The notes beneath the pieces were generated by a model. That model worked only from the letters and a program-made list of their open reading frames with translations. It made no database searches and was not told the origin of the DNA. From positions 12,152,001 through 12,216,000 of the forward strand of contig JBHGNT010000014.1 in the NCBI GenBank assembly GCA_043228905.1: a stretch of DNA of 64,000 nt, in the 5' to 3' direction. The stretch is from Azolla caroliniana. Lineage: Eukaryota > Plantae > Polypodiophyta. The position numbers and the translations under genes are program-made. Positions 61,328 through 64,000 of this stretch are shown in pieces; the first letter of the stretch is position 1; each line of letters starts with the position of its first letter.

Positions 61328-64000
61328 TGCCAGAGTATGTTCGTGGGAAGGACACGGGTGGTTGCGGTGGGATGGAGCTCTGTGATAGGATGGGGGAGAA
61401 GGTGAGGGGGAGGAGTGATGCGGGCACTGATAGCTAGAAGATGGGTTTCTGTTCTGTGCAGAAAATCTCCTGTTTCCTTCTATTTGTGGCTTAGGGTTCA
61501 TTGGGCGGTGAGCCATCGTGGTGTCGCGTGTTCTTGAACTAGGAGTTTGTGCATGCCTTTAGTCGTTTTAATAGTCGCTATCTTTTTTTCTTCTTTTTTT
61601 CTCATAACAGTTATTTACCTATTTTTACATTATAATACAAGTGGGGCCGTCCATTTTACGTTGCGGGTTCTTCGGCTCTGTCCCGTTCGGCGGTGAATGG
61701 GTTAGGTGGCGTAGGGCCCAGGTAAGGTTTGAGCCGAAACCCATTCACCTTTTGCCATACTATTTCTCCGGCCAGCGTACCTAGTTGGAACATGCCTTGT
61801 TCCGCTCCAATTATCCAGTATGGGCCGGTCCAACGGAATCGTAACTTCCCCGGCATATGGCCCATGCGCGTTTGGAAAACTAGAACCGCTCAACCCACGG
61901 CGAACTCCTTTTCCCTTGCGTTCCGATGTCGATCCACAAACGCTTTACACCGTTGTTGTTCCTGCTCCAGCATTGCCATGTTGTGGACGCGTTCTTCCCC
62001 TAGTTCGAGGAGTTGGTAGAGTCGTATCTCCTCCGACTTGGCTTCTGATAGTCGGTTCTGTACCTGAATTCGCAAACTAGGTATCTGAAATTCGATTGGC
62101 ATCACAGCCTCCAGCCCAAACGCAAGTCGAAATGGTGTTGACTATATGCTTGTTTTGTAGCTGGTTCTGTACGCCCATAACGCACTCTGTAGTTTGGTAT
62201 CCCAATCCGTTCTATTTTCATTGACGATTTTCTTCAAAATGGTCTGTAACGTCTTGTTGGTGGATTCTGCTAATCCATTCGCCTGCGGATAATATGGCGT
62301 GCTCTTCTTATGGACTACGGCGTAATGATGTGTTAGTTCTCGAACTACCGTATTGAGAAAGTGACTCCCTTCGTCACTGATGAGCTCAATCGGGCAGTCG
62401 AACCGGCACCAGATGTGCTTGTAAAGGAACCTGGCTATGACAGCCGCCGTATTTTCACGTAGGGCCTTTGCTTCTACCCATTTGGTGTAGTAATCCGTGG
62501 CTACCAATATGTATTTATTGCTCGTCCGGGCCGCCGCTGGTGTGAAGGGCCCCACAAAATCCAATCCCCACTTTTGGAAGGGGTCTAGTGGTAATACAAG
62601 CTGGTGTGGCATCCTTGCGGCCTCCACGGGTTGTCCCATCCGTTGACACAAATCACACTTTCGACTATACTCGGATGCGTCCTTCTGCGTTGTTGGCCAT
62701 TATAGGCCTGCCTGCCATACTTTCCGAGCTGTAACGTCGCCCGCGTAATGGCCGCCTACCGTGCCGCAATGTGCCTCCCGTAAAACTGCTTCCTTCTCAT
62801 CTTGACGTACCCCACGTCGCCAAATGCCATCACTTCCTTTGTGATATAAAACGCCTTCGACGAGGCAGAAGTGACGGCTTCGGACGGCTAGTCGTTTCTT
62901 CTCGTCCGTGCGTAATTGTCGTGGAGGCAGTCCCGTAGTTAAAAAGTACGTCATTTCCATAAGCCATCGGTCCGGAAAGGTCAATTCCGTTCTGTCTGCT
63001 AGTGTCACTACCCGTAGGATGTCAGCGTCCGGAAAATCGTCGTCATATTTCTGTACTGTTTCTCAATGCTCGAGTCTGCTCAAAAAATCTGCTACTGCGT
63101 GTTGCATCCCTGGTCAGTGCTGGATTACAAAATCAAATTCCTGGAGCAGCAGCATCCACCATGCCAATTTCCCTGTTAGGGCTTGTTTCTCCACCAAATA
63201 CAGAAGTGCCGAATGATCCACGTGGAACGTGAATTTCATTCCTAATAAATAGTGACGGAATTTATTAATGCTATAGATCATCCCTAGCGCCTCTTGCTCT
63301 GTTGTGGAGTAGTTACGCTCTGTTGTTGATAATTTGCGACTAGCGTAGTATATTGGCCGGTACTAGCTTGGTTCGGTGAGCTGCATTAGTGCACTTCCTA
63401 TTGCTATGTCTGAGGCGTCGACGAACACGTGGAATGGCTTCACCCAAATTGGTGGTTGTACGACGGGAGCCTGTGTGAGCATTATCTTAAGTACCTCGTA
63501 GGCCTTATCCTCTGTTGCAATCCATTGGAAAGGAGTCTGATGTACGGCAGCGTGTAACGACGTGGCGAAGTCCGCCAAATACCGTATCATCCGACTATGC
63601 CACCGTATTTGCCCCAAAAACCGGCTGAGTGATTTGGCGTTTGTCGGAGTGTTGGCTTTCGTAATCGCGGAGATTTTGTTCTGGTCAACCGCTATTCCCT
63701 CCTTGCTGACTATATGGCCCAAGAGAGTCACGCTGGTCACGCCAAAAGCACATTTTGCGGGATTCAGGCTTAAGCGTGCAGTGCGGCAACGTTCCAGGCA
63801 CAGTTGTAAGTGCAAAAAATGGTCTATTGTTTTCCCATATACCGCAAAGTTGTCTAAAAAAACTTGCATGAACGCCGGAATGTATTCCCCAAATATCTCT
63901 GTAATTGTCCGTTGAAATGTTGCCGGAGTTGTCTTTAGCCCGAACATCATGACGACTGCCACATATACTCCCCAGTTCGTGACAAATGTCGTCTTCTCTT

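Larger units (their letters stand above)
57467..64000 (-). mobile_element. Non-chromovirus Gypsy element B (RT, RH, INT, extra 3' ORF, 3' LTR); continues beyond the window
   Basis: RT/RH 63010-64000; integrase 61656-63008 (HC..GGHY, WGLDFVGP, YYPQANG, WTGPY); extra ORF 61327-57953; LTR terminus TGTTGCCG at 57467. Confidence 0.9.

Overview
Eukaryotic, transposon-dense land-plant DNA, most likely a non-seed plant such as a fern (inferred from Tcn1-like chromoviruses, Met-tRNA-primed Copia elements and a PLS-type PPR relic). About 90% is nested retroelements whose boundaries can be read from LTR termini and target-site duplications (TSDs). These are: two Tcn1/Tf1-like chromoviruses (4686-10376 near-intact; 47864-54486 decayed), one intact young Copia (41529-46876), several decayed Copias, five solo LTRs, two non-chromovirus Gypsy elements sharing an extra 3' ORF, a fragmented LINE, and a non-coding self-primed LTR element filled with a tandem array (39708-47332). 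The only likely host gene is an intronless TPR-like protein with a C-terminal HPD (J-domain-like) motif (13081-14571). Most notable: three LTR families share a tRNA-independent self-priming signal with compensatory base changes and a tRNA-type Pol III A/B-box module at the LTR tip; the two autonomous ones also share a GUUAAAC plus pseudoknot -1 frameshift signal. All calls are by eye, with no database searches.
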